DNA from: Phaeosaccion multiseriatum
Lineage: Eukaryota; Protista; Ochrophyta, other classes
Assembly: GCA_965112735.1 (NCBI GenBank)
Contig: OZ218950.1
Location: forward strand, 2,232,001 to 2,296,000
DNA: 64,000 nt
Direction: 5' to 3'
Shown here: positions 60,363-64,000 of the stretch, piece by piece
Numbering within the stretch: the first letter of the stretch is position 1
How the letters are laid out: each line of letters starts with the position of its first letter
Notes under the pieces: generated by a model
Told to the model about the DNA's origin: nothing
Database searches by the model: none
The model's input: the letters and a program-made list of their open reading frames with translations, nothing else
Made by a program: the position numbers and the translations under genes

Positions 60363-61506
60363 ATGGTTGGGTTAAGGTCGCTCATCGGCGTGCTGATCGT
60401 TGCCAATGCGTTGGGCCTCGCCAGTGGCTTCATGTCTTCCGAGTTTGCCCTGCAGCTGCGGAAAATGCATGCCAAACGGAGCGCATTGACGAGGGTAGCG
60501 GCGACGAAAAAGCAAGAGCTTCTGACGCTGGTATCGAGCACCAAGGCTGGGAAGAACGAAGCCCAAGCCGCTGCCGCGGCCGTGGACAGCATCGTAGCAG
60601 ATCTGGAGAAGCAGAATAAAGGGTACGTAATGATGAAGAAGGAGAAGAGGTTGCTGCAAAGCCTTAAGTAAGAGCGTGTGTTGCCTTCTCTCCTTGTACG
60701 ATACCAGGTATAACGAAGCGTTGGTTGAGGGAGAGTGGCTGCTCGTGTTTACGAGAAACGCAAAGAAAGGGCCGGCTTTGCAAAAGGCTCTGTCCTACAA
60801 CAAGGGCTACAGCAATTTCGACTGCAAGAAACAAACGTTTACCAACATCGTCAACATCTTAAAAGGGAAGGTTAGGGTCGTCGCGGATGGTGAGTTGCGC
60901 CCTCTCATTCGCTGCTGTGGACTAATTGACTTGACACTTCAGTCAGTCTTCGGTGCCTTGCGTCTTTTGCTTTCTCTCTTGCCTTCGAAAAGAGGTATGC
61001 GTCACTCCCCCCCCTCACGCCGCACTGCATGCCCCACCGCTTGTGCATTCGGTGCTGCCATCAGTGTCATACGAAAAGCCGGAGGGTACATCCACCCCTA
61101 ACCGGCTCCCCTCCACTATCGCCTGGGCAGGCATCAAGGCAGGGCCACTGACCATTCCTCTGCCGTTCTTCAAGGGCAGGCAAGGTAAGCGCTGCTGTTG
61201 GTGTTCTGTTGCTGCTGCCTTCGTTCGGTGTGGAAGGGATGAACAGTCGTCTTTCTTCGTCCTTCTCACGGCCTTCGTGAGCATGTTTACTGGCCTGCGG
61301 AATCCCGAGGGGGTGAGGGGGGGTAATTGAACCCACTCGGCCTTCGCCTTCGATGAGTTTGCATGTACCGATTTTCTGTTGAAGACAGAAACGCTTGGTT
61401 GCCCTGTCTACTCCCCGTTCGGCTAAGACTCTTTTCCTGGGCCCAGCTTGGTCCTTCCTCTCGTCACGAATCTGCTCCCTCGAGGTGCCGCTTCCACGCG
61501 CCCTCT

Positions 61507-61551
<45 letters not shown>

Positions 61552-62015
61552 CACCTCATGCCTACGTCCGCGTCTACCTGTGTCCTTCTCATGTTAATTC
61601 AAGGGTGGCTGGAGTTCACCTACCTGGACAAGGATCTCCGGATAACGGCAGGGGACAGGGGAGGTGAGTGAGTGAGTGAGTGAGTGAGTCAAGGGGGGGG
61701 GCTCGTCGGAGGAGCAGGGCTACAAGGGGTGGGGGTGGGGGTGGTTGGACGGTGGGTGGGGCATGATACGGTGTGGCGCCAGTCAGTCTCTCCGTCTTTG
61801 TTTGAAGTGCACTCCACCTGCGCTACTTCCTCACAAACACTCAAAAACACTCTCAACTTCTCTACTCCTGCTTTCCTTTCCCTGTGCCTCTGCCATCGCT
61901 GCCCGTGTGCTGACACACATACACACACTCATTGACTTCAGGGCTGTTTGTGCACGTTCGGGAGGAGAGCCTACTTAAGCTTGTCCCAGAGCAGCAGCAG
62001 CAGCAGCAGCAGTAG
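60363..62015 (+). CDS. Plastid lipid-associated protein / fibrillin (5 exons)
   Basis: Signal peptide + ASGFMS leader; KQELLTLV, VDSIVADLEKQN, LVEGEWLLVFT, GWLEFTYLDKDLRITAGDRGGLFVHVR. Confidence 0.9.
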
Positions 62016-63464
62016 GAGTAGGAGTAGTAGTAGCAGCAGGAGCATCAGCGGCGGCAGTGGCGCCATGAGCCCGAAGCAAGGAGGTGCCAGTGTTTGGTGT
62101 GAACCCAAGCTGTCGAGCTGGGGGGCGGAGGAGGAGGGTATCGAAGCTCAACTCTGCCGTTTTTCAGGCCTGTGGGGGGACGCCCTGGTGAGCGGCAAAA
62201 AGGAAGGAAGGGGTGGAATGGACTTCTGCTTTGCTTTGTTTCGTTATCCCAACAAGGCCGAGGCAACAAGACGATCTGAATCCTCGGCGGGCAGAGGGAC
62301 AGTTTTCTTGCACAGCGGGTCTTGAGGCAAAGAGCTCTTTTGTGCAACTTCACAATCAGCGAGGTGAGCAGCAGCGGCGCGGCAGCAGCAGCAGGTGCGG
62401 CAGGAGAAGTAGCTGTAGCTATAGCAAGCAGTATAGTATTATGGGAGGGTGCGAAACCCCATTTGCATTTTTTTGTTTTGTTTGGAGGACAGCGTTCTTG
62501 GTTGGCGAGCTGCTTTGCGTATGGCGTATCTACCCACTGCTGCTGTGATGCCTTCTTCACCTGATGGGTCGGCAGGGTGAGAGCGCCCCACAGCCGGGGC
62601 ATGGGGAGTATACGGTTTTCGTAGCAACAAACGTGTGGCAGGGGCGAGAGAGGACAGAGAGAGAGGACAGGTAGCTGTAGTCTGCTTGTCTTGCTACGAG
62701 CCCTTTGCCACAGCCGTACCACCAATGGGAGAGCTTTGGCGTTACGTCTGTGGGACTCTTCTCTCCCGCAGACGACGATGACGATACCCTCATGGTACAG
62801 TATACAGCTTTGTCAGCAGAGTGGCCACACCCCGTCGCCTATCCTACCTGTCAGCACGGCAGATACGAAGGTGCTTACAGACTGCGAGGAGAGAGAGAGA
62901 GCGGGACATGGAAGGAGCAAAGAAGAAGAAGCAAGAAGAGGGAGAAGAAGCGGGGAAAGTGGGAGCGAATTTGGGTTGCCGTTCGGGGTTGGGGCTGTAA
63001 CGGTCGCGCTCTCTCGGGCGGGAGTGAAGACATGCTACACATGTCGCGTCATGAACAAGACATGCCTGCTGCGCACACTTGTGTTGGGTGTTAATTGAAA
63101 GCAATTAATTTTTAAAAAATAATTATAAAGAAATGAAAAGACGATTTTAACATTGAAAACTGTTTCAATGTTTTTCGTTGATCTCATCTTGAAGGTTTCC
63201 CACTGCTTGTGGCAGGGGCCATCCTATCTGTCTGTCTATCAATCAATCATTGCTGCGGGAGCTCGGGGGAGGAGACCGTGTCCTCGAGCGGCGCTGCCCC
63301 TGGTACCCCCGTCGCTTGCATCACATCCTCCTCCTCCTCCCCCTCCTCCTCCTCCTCCTCCTCCTCCTCCTCCTCCTCCTCCCCCTCCTCCCGCTCCTCT
63401 TCCTTCACGCCACTACATGGACTCGTCGCATCCCCGCCCTCACGTGCTGGCTGCTGTATCACCA

Positions 63465-64000
63465 GCAGATTACGGTGTGCGCCGGCCGTAATCAGTAATC
63501 AGCCCCCGGCCGGCGCATAATCAGTAATCAGGCCGGCTGGTCACCGGCTGTAGGCAACCAGACCGGCTGGCGCCGGTCATAATCAGTAATCAGGCCGGCT
63601 GCACCGGCCGTAATCAGAATAAGATAATCTTGTCCAGGGTCGACTCCCTCCCTCCCTCCCTCCCTCCCTCCCTCCCTCCCTCCCTCCCTCCCTCCCTCCC
63701 TCCCTCCCTCCCTCCGATCCTGGACAAGATTGCGGTGTGCCCCGGCCGTAATCAGTAATCAGCCCCCGGCTGGCGCATTATCAGTAATCAGGCCGGCTGC
63801 GCCGGCCGTAATTACTAATCAGATAGGTCGAGGCCTAGGCCTAGAACCGCCGGCCTAGGGAGAAAAAATGGCCGGCCTAGAGCATAGGCTTCTAGGCCAG
63901 TCTGGAGCCGACACGCACCACGTGCTGCCGGCATCCGGCATGTAAGGGTATCGTCTGCAGTATCTCCCGCGCCGTCCTCGAAGTCGAACTCCTCAATGCC
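63465..64000 (+). mobile_element. Second copy of the TAATCAG/CCTAGG/Helitron-remnant segment (duplicate of 58994-59577, runs off the window end)
   Basis: Identical by eye to 58994-59577 except that the (CCCT)n tract is 48 nt shorter. Confidence 0.9.

Overview
GC-rich, intron- and microsatellite-rich eukaryotic nuclear DNA. Several proteins carry bipartite signal peptide + ASAFAP-like plastid leaders (sigma factor, SET protein, fibrillin), and a CFAP157 homologue is present, so this is most likely a photosynthetic stramenopile (ochrophyte) with a flagellated stage (inference). Protein genes, in order: two paralogous intronless ankyrin genes (the complete copy ends in a BTB-like domain) flanking an LSMT-like SET methyltransferase; cytochrome b561; a divergent plastid sigma-70 factor; CFAP157-like; SYS1; peroxisomal acyl-CoA oxidase; PheRS beta; V-ATPase C; a thioredoxin-like 2Fe-2S protein; an HSF-type transcription factor; a GDP-hexose phosphorylase (GDPGP1/VTC2 family); PAP/fibrillin. 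Non-coding and mobile content: two tandem C/D snoRNAs (snR77/SNORD65-like); a young 1.57-kb non-autonomous LTR element with a self-priming signature; a family of TAATCAG-repeat MITE-like units; and a Helitron helicase remnant whose left part is duplicated at the window end. The strongest leads are the ankyrin paralogues, which differ mostly at ligand-binding positions, the self-primed LTR element, the sigma factor lacking its promoter-melting residues, the membrane-anchored GDP-hexose phosphorylase, and complementary SSRs at intron ends. All calls come from reading motifs by eye; exon boundaries are manual predictions and no searches were run.
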